From IMG/VR virus record IMGVR_UViG_2825807022_000004: a stretch of 64,000 nucleotides of DNA; one strand, 5' to 3'. Origin of the DNA: a virus. Every line of letters starts with the position of its first letter. Within the stretch, counting starts at the first letter, position 1. The translations under genes were made by a program, and so were the position numbers. Below the pieces are notes generated by a model, which ran no database searches, had not been told where the DNA came from, and was given only the letters and a program-made list of their open reading frames with translations. Shown here one piece after another: positions 26,671 to 35,098 of this stretch.

Positions 26671-26716
26671 GCTCTTTAACATTGATGGGGTTTGTTCCCG
26701 CCGAGATGCGGGGAAC
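26671..26716 (+). promoter_or_regulatory. nutL (boxA + boxB)
   Basis: GCTCTTTAACA then GTTCCCGC-CGAGAT-GCGGGGAAC. Confidence 0.85.
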
Positions 26717-26854
26717 CAAAGATTAGTTGGCTTTGGGATGGTGAATAGCTGGAGCTAACGACAGGTAATGCTGCGGGACTGAGAAGGCTATCGAGAGCGC
26801 TGTGATTGAAATAGGCACAGACACCATCACCAAAGCCAATCACCGGAGGTAATC

Positions 26855-27097
26855 ATGACAGTCGTATACACCTATGCAGCTTCCGATAATTCACGGAATC
26901 GCCGGAAAGCTCGCAGAGCAGCACAGAGAGAGGCAAATCCAGCGTTAGCCACCCAACCAGCAAGCCGAGTAACAAAGGCTTGTATCAGCGTTCCAGCACG
27001 CAGCAAGGAGCGGCCAAGCGCGGACAATATTTGTCTGGCTCAGGTAGCGATATTTGCAGCCGGTCACCGTAAATCAGAAACAGTTACAGCGAGGTAG
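26855..27097 (+). CDS. N: Antiterminator N
   Basis: Arg-rich motif NSRNRRKARRAAQRE; first gene after nutL. Confidence 0.8.
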   Translation: MTVVYTYAASDNSRNRRKARRAAQREANPALATQPASRVTKACISVPARSKERPSADNICLAQVAIFAAGHRKSETVTAR

Positions 27098-27099
27098 TC

Positions 27100-27282
27100 A
27101 TGGGACTGAGTTACACAGTATTAGCAGGAAAGCCAGAGAGTGACGACGGTCATTATTACGAGAACATTAAGTTCTGCGACAGCGCTGACAGCATGGAAGC
27201 TGCGCAGAAGATTGTTCAGGACAACAAACTTTATACCTATCCGATATGTCGGATTGAGGTTACAGGATTCAAGGCTGCCTAG
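27100..27282 (+). CDS. Hypothetical protein
   Basis: 60 aa, RBS GAGGT, terminator follows. Confidence 0.6.
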   Translation: MGLSYTVLAGKPESDDGHYYENIKFCDSADSMEAAQKIVQDNKLYTYPICRIEVTGFKAA

Positions 27283-27318
27283 TGTGGCCTTTTTTATTGG
27301 CAGGTAAATGAGGAATGA

Positions 27319-27438
27319 ATGATGGCTCAACATCAATATTGCAGCATTGAATGGCTACAGAAGATGTATGCGAATGGTTACGCAGCTCAGTGTGATGGTG
27401 ACTTGCAGGAAGTATTAAATTGCGTCTGGGAAATATAA
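27319..27438 (+). CDS. Hypothetical 39-aa protein
   Basis: Translated by hand; GAGGA RBS. Confidence 0.4.
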   Translation: MMAQHQYCSIEWLQKMYANGYAAQCDGDLQEVLNCVWEI

Positions 27439-27497
27439 TGACCTTACCCCTGCCACTTAACCGGTGGCAGCAATAAGACCACTAGATGAGGTGATGT

Positions 27498-27833
27498 ATG
27501 AGTGATACTTACCAAGCAGTTTACGATGCAGTAAGAAGTAGAATTGGCGGCGGTAATCTTTCAGATGCGCTGGAGTCGGCCATTAGAAGTGAAAATATCG
27601 GTGGATATGCACAAAATGCATTTGATGGAATCGCTCAAACATTTGCTGATTACAACATGCCATCAGTAATGTTTAAGCCTGTATTAATTCAAGACGGTGA
27701 TTCGTGGTTAGCTATTTACGGTGACCTACCGACTGGTGTAGTTGGTAGTGGTAAATCACCAGCCGAAGCAATGGCAGATTTTGATGTGCAATGGTTTAAA
27801 GTCGCAGTAACCACACCAACAAAAACTGACTAA
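27498..27833 (+). CDS. Hypothetical protein
   Basis: 111 aa, GAGGT RBS. Confidence 0.65.
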   Translation: MSDTYQAVYDAVRSRIGGGNLSDALESAIRSENIGGYAQNAFDGIAQTFADYNMPSVMFKPVLIQDGDSWLAIYGDLPTGVVGSGKSPAEAMADFDVQWFKVAVTTPTKTD

Positions 27834-27915
27834 CCCTCCCCCCCCCACTAATCCCCATAGTAAATAACTGACAACTGTCGGTGTTTTGCTGTGGGCTAAA
27901 CACAAGGAAATGAGC

Positions 27916-28887
27916 ATGGCAGACGAAAACACCGGCTTGGTGGTGATCGACATTAAGCCAGAATCCTACCCGACACTGTACGTCACGAACGGACTTGATA
28001 AATACCTCAACCAGATTCGTCAGGCGGTTAATGAAGTTCCTGATGTATCGACTGCAAAGGGCCGAGCGCGGATAGCATCACTTGCCGCCGGTGCGTCACG
28101 AAGCAAAACAGCAATCGAAAAGCCGGGCCGTGAGTACCTTCGCCATCTAAAAGAGCAGCCTAAAATCATTGAAGCTGAACTTCGTCGATTTGTCATTGAA
28201 TGCGATGAAATACGCGACGAAACGCGCCGCCCGCTGACTGAGTGGGAAGCCGAACAGGACCGGTTAAAGCAGGAAGCTGAAGCCAAGAAGAAAGCTGAGC
28301 AGTTGGCGGCAGAAATTGAAGTGGCCCATGAGATGGCCCTGCTAATGAATGATGCTTTCGATCGAGACGCTAAAGAAAAGGCTGAAGAGGTTGAACGCCT
28401 GCGCAAGGCTCATGAAGAATTCATTGCTCAACAGGCAGTAGAAAAGGCGAAGCGGGAAACTGAAGAAAAAGCCAAGCGCGACATTGAAGCCGCAGAACAA
28501 CGTGAACGTGATGCAAAACTGGCTCAGGAACGAGCAGAACAGGCCGTCAAGGATAACGCCGCCAAAGCTGAACGTGATGCCAAGGAATTAGCTGAGCGTG
28601 TCGAACGCGAAAAGCAGGAAGCTATCGCAGCCGAACAACGTAAAGCGCAGGAAGCAGCAGATCGCATTAAGCGTGAAACTCAGCAGAAAGAAGATGCCCG
28701 TCTAGCTGAAGAGAAGCGGGTTGCTGATGAAGCAGCGGCGCGAGCAGCCAACGTCGAACACAAGCGCGCTATCAATCAACAGTCCGTGGCTGATTTAGTC
28801 GCTGCCGGTATCCCTGGAGAATGTGCCGTGCAATGCGTTAAAGCCATTGCTAAAGGCCAAGTCTCAGCAATCGCAATCACCTACTAA
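27916..28887 (+). CDS. Long coiled-coil early protein
   Basis: E/A/K/R-rich helical central region; PDVSTAKGRARIASLA N-domain. Confidence 0.75.
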   Translation: MADENTGLVVIDIKPESYPTLYVTNGLDKYLNQIRQAVNEVPDVSTAKGRARIASLAAGASRSKTAIEKPGREYLRHLKEQPKIIEAELRRFVIECDEIRDETRRPLTEWEAEQDRLKQEAEAKKKAEQLAAEIEVAHEMALLMNDAFDRDAKEKAEEVERLRKAHEEFIAQQAVEKAKRETEEKAKRDIEAAEQRERDAKLAQERAEQAVKDNAAKAERDAKELAERVEREKQEAIAAEQRKAQEAADRIKRETQQKEDARLAEEKRVADEAAARAANVEHKRAINQQSVADLVAAGIPGECAVQCVKAIAKGQVSAIAITY

Positions 28888-28904
28888 TTAAACCGGAGTA
28901 TCCC

Positions 28905-29024
28905 ATGCAACATGCATTTGCTGGGCAGACCGCATCGGGCTGCTCTGATGAACCACCACGCAATCCTCTCATTGAGCTTCTGCTCTGGATTGCAAAAACA
29001 TTAAACCAGCGAGGTGAGCCTTAA
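28905..29024 (+). CDS. cIII: CIII-like protein
   Basis: Translated by hand: MQHAFAGQTASGC...LNQRGEP, resembling lambda CIII termini. Confidence 0.7.
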   Translation: MQHAFAGQTASGCSDEPPRNPLIELLLWIAKTLNQRGEP

Positions 29025-29131
29025 TGGATATCGTAAAAGCACTTCAATTGCTCGCGGTTGATGCTAGCCGCGTTGGTAACAATGACCTGTTTCAGGTCGC
29101 ATATAGCCTATTTTATCGGGGGTTGAAATGA
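29024..29131 (+). CDS. Small protein at the kil position (35 aa)
   Basis: Translated by hand; coupled to cIII. Confidence 0.45.
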   Translation: MDIVKALQLLAVDASRVGNNDLFQVAYSLFYRGLK

Positions 29132-29298
29132 GCCTCGCAACCACAGAGCAGGAAAGTGTCGCAAAAAGAAAAGAGCACGTTCTGGATGCCCTGCATTACC
29201 GAAGAAAAAAACAGCGAAAGGTAATGCAGTCCTGCTTGAAACTAGCACGGTTGGAATGGATTAATCAGCGCTATTTCTTAGGTGAGCAACCATTTTAA
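29128..29298 (+). CDS. Small basic protein (56 aa)
   Basis: Translated by hand; ATGA overlap with upstream gene. Confidence 0.5.
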   Translation: MSLATTEQESVAKRKEHVLDALHYRRKKQRKVMQSCLKLARLEWINQRYFLGEQPF

Positions 29299-29306
29299 GG
29301 TAAATC

Positions 29307-29936
29307 ATGGAAACTAAATTGGTTTATAAGGCGATTGCGGCAGTGGCAAAGGATTTGTCAGAACTTGGGATAGCTAAGGATAGCCGTAACGCCCAGCAAG
29401 GCTTTCAGTTTCGAGGGATTGACGCCGTGTATAACGCGCTGTCCCCTTCTCTAGTTCGTAACGGACTGGTTATTTTACCTCGCATAACTGATAGGACTGT
29501 TTCAGAACGAGTCACCCAAAAAGGCGGTGTTCTTTTTTATGTTGTAGTTAAAGCTGAATTTGATTTTGTCAGTGTTGAAGATGGTAGCACTCACACGGTT
29601 ATTACTTTTGGCGAAGCAATGGATAGCGGCGACAAGGCAACAAATAAGGCCATGTCGATAGCCTACAAATATGCAGCGTTTCAGGCGTTCTGTATTCCAA
29701 CGGAAGAAACTGCAACCGATCCGGATGCGGAAATTCATCACCCAGCACCTCGAAATCCTGACCAGATACTTGCTGATTTTACCTCACAGGCAAGCAACTG
29801 CCAGTCGTTGGATGAGCTAAAGGGAATTTATACGCCAGCATGGAATGCGCTGGCTGGCTCTGCTGCGCATCAGGAGAAGTGCGTCGAAGTGTATAAACAT
29901 CGCGGTTCAGAACTCAAACCTAAGAAGGCGGCGTAA
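29307..29936 (+). CDS. erf: ERF-family ssDNA annealing protein
   Basis: FQFRGIDAVYNAL, GEAMDSGDKATNKAMSIAYKYA, DPDAE. Confidence 0.88.
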   Translation: METKLVYKAIAAVAKDLSELGIAKDSRNAQQGFQFRGIDAVYNALSPSLVRNGLVILPRITDRTVSERVTQKGGVLFYVVVKAEFDFVSVEDGSTHTVITFGEAMDSGDKATNKAMSIAYKYAAFQAFCIPTEETATDPDAEIHHPAPRNPDQILADFTSQASNCQSLDELKGIYTPAWNALAGSAAHQEKCVEVYKHRGSELKPKKAA

Positions 29937-30388
29937 TGGGACACACAATAACTATCAAGCTACAGAAACCGGCAAGGGAGTTTGCCACTGGTGATTCCAT
30001 AGGATTTGGAATACGCGGCGGGGTTCGCTACTACGACAGGAAGTCGCAGAAAAACGAATTCACCAACTACCAGGCTGTGATTTTTGCCAAGGAAGGCAAG
30101 CAAGCGGAGTTTTACAGGGAGGCGCTAACGGAGGGCGCTATCGTTGAAGTGTTTGGGGAAAGCATCAAAGTCGATATTTACGATGGGCAAAACGGACAGT
30201 CCATTACCCTTGAGCTGAACAATGCTAGATTAGGATTTATCGAAGCTGGCAATAAGCAGGGAAAGCCGCAGCAGCAAGAATCAGGGAAGAGTTCAACGCC
30301 GCAAAATCAGCAGCAATGGGGCCAGCAACAGGCGGCGCACCAAAGCAGCGAACCACCAATGGATTTCGATGATGATATCCCGTTCTGA
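29936..30388 (+). CDS. ssb: Single-stranded DNA-binding protein
   Basis: OB-fold-like body, Q-rich linker, DFDDDIPF tail. Confidence 0.85.
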   Translation: MGHTITIKLQKPAREFATGDSIGFGIRGGVRYYDRKSQKNEFTNYQAVIFAKEGKQAEFYREALTEGAIVEVFGESIKVDIYDGQNGQSITLELNNARLGFIEAGNKQGKPQQQESGKSSTPQNQQQWGQQQAAHQSSEPPMDFDDDIPF

Positions 30389-30412
30389 AGATGAACCCAG
30401 CAGGTAACCACC

Positions 30413-30802
30413 ATGCGGCCAGAGCAAATACTAGCACTCCTCCGTGCGTACCCAGATGCAAATATAACCTCTTTCCATCGCTCAATGAGAAGCACAGGTG
30501 GCGGGATTTATTTGTCTGGCGGCGCAACGGGTGGGTGCACATTGAATTACACCGACCCAGCCTATGCAGGTTTCGGTGGAGTAATGGAAAACCAGTCAAT
30601 ATTCATTGAGCTGACTTATGTGGTGAATATGAGACACCTTCTCACGGAAGAGAAGTGGGCAATAAAAGAAATATCGGCAGAGGGAACGATTTACCGGCTT
30701 AAGCCTGAGTTCATGCCAGATGATCCATCACCGTATTGCACCTGCAATGAAGAATTGGCGCTGCGCAAACAGGAGCGCCTGAGACTACTTTCGGCGTCCT
30801 AA
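30413..30802 (+). CDS. Hypothetical protein
   Basis: 129 aa in early operon. Confidence 0.6.
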   Translation: MRPEQILALLRAYPDANITSFHRSMRSTGGGIYLSGGATGGCTLNYTDPAYAGFGGVMENQSIFIELTYVVNMRHLLTEEKWAIKEISAEGTIYRLKPEFMPDDPSPYCTCNEELALRKQERLRLLSAS

Positions 30803-30850
30803 CTCACTCCCCCACCCCATTACCGGCAGTCAGTCTGCTGAGGAATAGTT

Positions 30851-31294
30851 ATGTCTGAAAACACTGATTATGACAAAGCATGTCGAGAGATAGCTCGCAT
30901 TGCAGCAGCACTTGGAATTATCGATTACAGCGGTGACACCAGTGAGATATTCGACTCAATTATTATCAAGGATGAGAATCATCAAGTATTGGCTGGCGAT
31001 AACGTTGTGCTGAAGAGTGCAATCGAATTCGCCACCGCGCCTGATATGTGGGAAGAGCACGGAGACTTACTGGAATACAAATATCTGGATTGGTACGTCG
31101 ATGTGCTGAATAAGGCGCTGGATGGAACCACCGCCACCACTCAGGCGCTTAACGAGATAAAGGCGCAGGGTGTGGAGATGTTCTCCGAGTTCTGCAAACA
31201 GAAGGCAGAAATTAGGGCTTATAACTTCTTCACTGATGCAGGCAATGTCGCCGAGGAATTCGCCGCCAGCCTGAGGAGTGAACATCATGGCTGA
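30851..31294 (+). CDS. Hypothetical accessory protein
   Basis: 147 aa; QALNEIKAQGVEMF; GAGGA RBS. Confidence 0.65.
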   Translation: MSENTDYDKACREIARIAAALGIIDYSGDTSEIFDSIIIKDENHQVLAGDNVVLKSAIEFATAPDMWEEHGDLLEYKYLDWYVDVLNKALDGTTATTQALNEIKAQGVEMFSEFCKQKAEIRAYNFFTDAGNVAEEFAASLRSEHHG

Positions 31295-31760
31295 CAAGAA
31301 ATACTGCTATCGCTATACAGACGGTAATGATTCGCATGGCCGGCCAATCGTAATACTGTGGCAAATGGTTATTTTACGGGAGACAGAAAAGACATTTTGG
31401 TATTGCCATGACTACCCGCTAATGAGTCTTGAACAAATTATCCAATATCTCAGCAAGCCAGTCGACAAGGCAATTAAGCGTAGCCGTAAAAATGCTGCCC
31501 GTTCCCGCTATCACTACACAAAAGAAGAAGCATTAAAGGCTTTTATTTACCGCAAGCAATATCAGTTAGAACGAATCCGGCTAACAAGCGAAACCGTGTC
31601 GCTTTGCCTTAAAGGGATAAGTGAGGCTGGTTTTGTTGAAATCAGTAAAGACGGTGAATTCAACAGTTTTAGCAATATTCTATCTGTTCCCGACAAAGAC
31701 TTTCGCGCGGCAGAAGAAGCCGGAGAAGTAGCCTCGACGTATCGCTGGGGAGAATATTGA
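31287..31760 (+). CDS. Hypothetical protein
   Basis: Coupled ORF in early operon. Confidence 0.65.
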   Translation: MADKKYCYRYTDGNDSHGRPIVILWQMVILRETEKTFWYCHDYPLMSLEQIIQYLSKPVDKAIKRSRKNAARSRYHYTKEEALKAFIYRKQYQLERIRLTSETVSLCLKGISEAGFVEISKDGEFNSFSNILSVPDKDFRAAEEAGEVASTYRWGEY

Positions 31761-32065
31761 TGAATAACCTCGAAGAGCTAAGGGAACACTGTGAAGAAAT
31801 GATGGCTATCTCACCCCTGCGATATGCCTACATCCCAGCATCATCAATTATCACTCTGATAGAGAGAATTGAGAAAGCAGAAGCAGCGTTATCAGCGGCA
31901 AACGATAAGTTGAATAAGCCTGTTGTGCTGCCGCCTCGTAGAAGCGCTAGTTCTTTCGTTGACGAAGAGTTCAGTAATAAAGACCTAGCCGCGATTTACA
32001 ACGCCGCCCGTGTTGAATTCAGCGTAAAAATAACAAACGCCGGTTTTACGGTCGAGGATGAGTGA
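31757..32065 (+). CDS. Hypothetical protein
   Basis: 102 aa, ATGA overlap. Confidence 0.6.
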   Translation: MMNNLEELREHCEEMMAISPLRYAYIPASSIITLIERIEKAEAALSAANDKLNKPVVLPPRRSASSFVDEEFSNKDLAAIYNAARVEFSVKITNAGFTVEDE

Positions 32066-32217
32066 TGCAGAAATTCAAATGCCGTCGCTGCCGGAAAACT
32101 CACGCTAAAGATCAACTAGTAGGGAAGCGAAATAAAAGCGGTTGGACTGATAATTGCTGCCCCAACTGTGGCTGCAAAACATTCACTTTGGTAGAGGGGA
32201 ATGCAGATGCTAAGTGA
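32065..32217 (+). CDS. 50-aa zinc-ribbon protein
   Basis: Translated by hand: CRRC...CPNCGC. Confidence 0.55.
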   Translation: MQKFKCRRCRKTHAKDQLVGKRNKSGWTDNCCPNCGCKTFTLVEGNADAK

Positions 32218-32253
32218 ACAGCCGGTACGAATTCGTCGCGATTGGAATGCGGC

Positions 32254-32799
32254 ATGAGTGATTACGGTGGCAGCCACACCCCGGATAACTTGAAAGATTT
32301 ATGGCAGACGCCGAACGATATATTTGCGGCTCTGGATTTGGAGTTCGGATTTTACCTTGATGCTGCTGCCAGTCACCAAAGTGCATTATGCGCTCGCTAT
32401 CTAACCGAGCGGGATGATGCACTCAATTGTGAATGGATCAGCTACGGCGCTATCTGGTGTAATCCTCCGTACTCAAACATAACTCCGTGGGTACAAAAGG
32501 CCGCCGAGCAGTGCAGAGAGCAGAATCAGATCGTCGTCATGCTTATACCCGCTGATACGTCAACCGGTTGGTTTTCTCTGGCGCTCGAGTCTGTTGATGA
32601 AGTCCGTCTAATCACGGGTGGCCGATTGTCATTCATCAACGCCGGCACCGGGAAGCCAGGTAAAAACGGAAACAGCAAAGGCAGCCTGTTATTTATCTGG
32701 CGCCCATTCATCAAGCCTCGCTGCACGTTCACCATAGTTAAGCGCGATGAGCTAAAAGCGATTGGACAAGAAATATTAACCGGGAGCAAAACAGCATGA
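32254..32799 (+). CDS. dam: Phage N6-adenine DNA methyltransferase (phage Dam family)
   Basis: DLWQTP, FYLDAAA and WCNPPYS motifs. Confidence 0.9.
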   Translation: MSDYGGSHTPDNLKDLWQTPNDIFAALDLEFGFYLDAAASHQSALCARYLTERDDALNCEWISYGAIWCNPPYSNITPWVQKAAEQCREQNQIVVMLIPADTSTGWFSLALESVDEVRLITGGRLSFINAGTGKPGKNGNSKGSLLFIWRPFIKPRCTFTIVKRDELKAIGQEILTGSKTA

Positions 32800-32885
32800 A
32801 TTTAATAATCACATATCTGGACTGGATCTTGCTTATCTGCGGCGGCGGAGTGGTGTTCTGGCTGCTGTGGGTAAAGGAATGGTGA
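32796..32885 (+). CDS. 29-aa hydrophobic peptide
   Basis: Translated by hand: MNLIITYLDWILLICGGGVVFWLLWVKEW; ATGA overlap with dam. Confidence 0.45.
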   Translation: MNLIITYLDWILLICGGGVVFWLLWVKEW

Positions 32886-32888
32886 TGC

Positions 32889-33131
32889 GTGGAGACAACC
32901 ATTGAAAATGCTATCAGGTCAGTAGCAAAAGATGCGCTTGCTGAAATAATAGAAGTTAAAGAAAAATACCCAATTCAAGAGCACGATAAGCACTTCACCG
33001 AAATTCTTAATCGCCACGCAAAAAAAATCATCGCCCTACCCATTGAACTACAACCAAAAACTTTCCCGGCGAAGCGCTGGTTGAGTTATTACGTTCGTCA
33101 GATTGATAAAGAGATAAGAGGCCAGCTATGA
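32889..33131 (+). CDS. Hypothetical protein upstream of xis
   Basis: 80 aa, coupled to xis. Confidence 0.6.
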   Translation: METTIENAIRSVAKDALAEIIEVKEKYPIQEHDKHFTEILNRHAKKIIALPIELQPKTFPAKRWLSYYVRQIDKEIRGQL

Positions 33132-33373
33132 AGATTAGCCTGAAAGAATGGAATGCACGACGAGACATACCGCGCTCTATGAAGCAGATATACAGGTGGG
33201 TTGAGGCTGGAAAGATATATCCCCCACCTGAAAAAATTGGTAGAGATTATGAAGTTGAATCAACCGCAACATATATAGACCCCGCCTCAACTATCAATAC
33301 CGCACCAACAAATAACAATCTGATATCAAGGATTAGAAATGGCAGCAAGAAGGCGATCCGCCGCACTGCGTGA
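33128..33373 (+). CDS. xis: Excisionase
   Basis: ISLKEWNAR...IYRWVEAGKIYPPPEKIGRDYEV; overlaps int. Confidence 0.88.
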   Translation: MKISLKEWNARRDIPRSMKQIYRWVEAGKIYPPPEKIGRDYEVESTATYIDPASTINTAPTNNNLISRIRNGSKKAIRRTA

Positions 33374-34415
33374 TTTACCAGCCAATTTGTATGTTCGAAA
33401 TGGTGGTTATTACAGCTATAAGGACCCAAGGACGGGTAAGGAGTTCGGACTTGGTCGTGACAAGCGCTTAGCAATAAATCAGGCAGTGGAAGCAAACATG
33501 CAACTTATGGATGCTGGTTCGGCAGTGAGGCTAGTTGACCGGATTAATAGTGTCGCAGTTGTCACTGTATCAGATTGGGTTAAAACTTATACAGAAGTGC
33601 TAAGTAAGCGCGGATTAAAAAGCAAGACGATCACTGGCTACTATAGCCGATTGGATGTGGTCGATGAAGTTTTCGCATCAAGGCCTATGGACAGCATTAG
33701 CACCAAAGACATTGCAACACTTCTTAACGATTATACCAATAATGGAAAGGCGGCATCTGCTAAGTTGATGCGATCATTTTTGACTGATTTTTTCAGAGAG
33801 GCAGTATCCGAGGGAATTATTCACAATAACCCCGTCGATGCAACAAAAAACCCAAAGATAGAGGTTAAGCGCGCAAGGCTGTCGCTTGACAACTTCCTAT
33901 CTATTAGGGCAGCAGCGGCTGACATGCCGGGCTGGGTTGTTGATAGTATGGATCTGGCCATAGTGACGGGGCAACGCGTGGGGGATGTTCGTAAAATGAA
34001 GTGGTCTGATATTAAGGATGATAAACTTTTCGTTGAGCAGGAAAAGACAGGAATGAGGATCATAATCCCCTTTGATGTTAAGCTAGATACCCTTTCGCTC
34101 TCGTTGCGTGATATCATCGCGCGCTGCGAAAATCGCGCAATCAAAGGCGAAACGATAATTTCGTCTGACAAAGGTGAGTCATTTGCAGATAAGACACTGA
34201 CAAAGCGATTCGCCAAAGCGAGAGATTTAGCAAACATAACATGGGAAGGAATTAACCCACCGCCATTTCATGAGATACGGAGTTTAGCTTCACGACTCTA
34301 TGAAAAGGAAATGGGTAAAGAGTTTTCTCAAAAAATCCTCGGACATAAATCCGCACAAACGACCGATAAGTATCGCGACGTTCGCGGAAGTGAATGGATC
34401 GAGATAGAGGTGTAG
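33339..34415 (+). CDS. int: Lambda-type tyrosine integrase with arm-binding domain
   Basis: N-terminal LPANLYVRNGGYYSYKDP; TGQRVGDV, FHEIRSLA, LGHKS...Y. Confidence 0.95.
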   Translation: MAARRRSAALRDLPANLYVRNGGYYSYKDPRTGKEFGLGRDKRLAINQAVEANMQLMDAGSAVRLVDRINSVAVVTVSDWVKTYTEVLSKRGLKSKTITGYYSRLDVVDEVFASRPMDSISTKDIATLLNDYTNNGKAASAKLMRSFLTDFFREAVSEGIIHNNPVDATKNPKIEVKRARLSLDNFLSIRAAAADMPGWVVDSMDLAIVTGQRVGDVRKMKWSDIKDDKLFVEQEKTGMRIIIPFDVKLDTLSLSLRDIIARCENRAIKGETIISSDKGESFADKTLTKRFAKARDLANITWEGINPPPFHEIRSLASRLYEKEMGKEFSQKILGHKSAQTTDKYRDVRGSEWIEIEV

Positions 34416-34420
34416 TGAAC

Positions 34421-34620
34421 GAATTTCGAATAATTTCGACCTGCACAGTGTAACCAGCTGATTTAATTAGAAAAAATTAAGGGGAACCTTTGCAAGGTAA
34501 AGCACCCCTTAAATCAATAAAAACATTAATAATCAATAAGTAACGTGATTTATTGCTTAATATTTATGCGACATTTCAGGACAATATGAGACATTGCTAG
34601 ACATATTAATCAATAACTTA
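34421..34620. other. attP-like junction between the two prophages
   Basis: AATTTCGA x2, IHF consensus 34451-34463, central inverted repeat ~34478-34511, GACA(T/A) x4 at 10-bp period 34570-34604, IHF consensus 34608-34620. Confidence 0.7.
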
Positions 34621-34674
34621 CCACTCCATTTTGACCTCTAAAACCACCTCGGCATCCCTGCCAAATATCACAAA

Positions 34675-35097
34675 TCACTCAGGCTTTAGTGGCCACTCAA
34701 TATCTGGCGCAGTTGAGGTATCAACGCGCATCAGCAAAATCCGATATTTCTTCCATTCAGCCAACGAGGCCGCTTCTTCTTTCGTCGCAATGCCAGTATC
34801 AACAGCATCCTGCCGCCACGCAATTTCTCCATCCGCTTCGCTTCGCAACTGCGTACGCTGAGTCTCTGCGTTTTCCTTCTGCTGCTCCGATGTTAGGGGT
34901 GGCAGGTCGATCCACACTGGACGCCCTTTAGCTGCCCCGAGCCTTTTTCCATCCGGTGGCGACACTCGCCAATATTTTTCTGTTTCTTCCTTTGTTGGCT
35001 CGAACAGATCCTTAGGAAGTGAATTCCCATAACTGCCGTCATCAACCATGTTTGCAGCGTAGAACAGAACCTGAGTGGGGCTAAAATAAGCATTCAT
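34675..35097 (-). CDS. Tail fibre assembly protein
   Basis: WRQDAVDTGIATKEE..LAEWKKYRILLMRVD...IEWP. Confidence 0.88.
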   Translation of the reverse strand: MNAYFSPTQVLFYAANMVDDGSYGNSLPKDLFEPTKEETEKYWRVSPPDGKRLGAAKGRPVWIDLPPLTSEQQKENAETQRTQLRSEADGEIAWRQDAVDTGIATKEEAASLAEWKKYRILLMRVDTSTAPDIEWPLKPE

Positions 35098-35098
35098 A

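Larger units (their letters stand above)
1..34500. mobile_element. Prophage A (left part outside window), lambdoid with Mu-like contractile tail; probably defective
   Basis: Continuous phage gene order from tape measure to integrase; ends at an att-like junction after int. Confidence 0.95.

Noticed and set aside
27838-27846. C9 tract as a phase-variation switch
   Set aside because: Intergenic, not between evident promoter elements, and homopolymer lengths in this assembly are suspect
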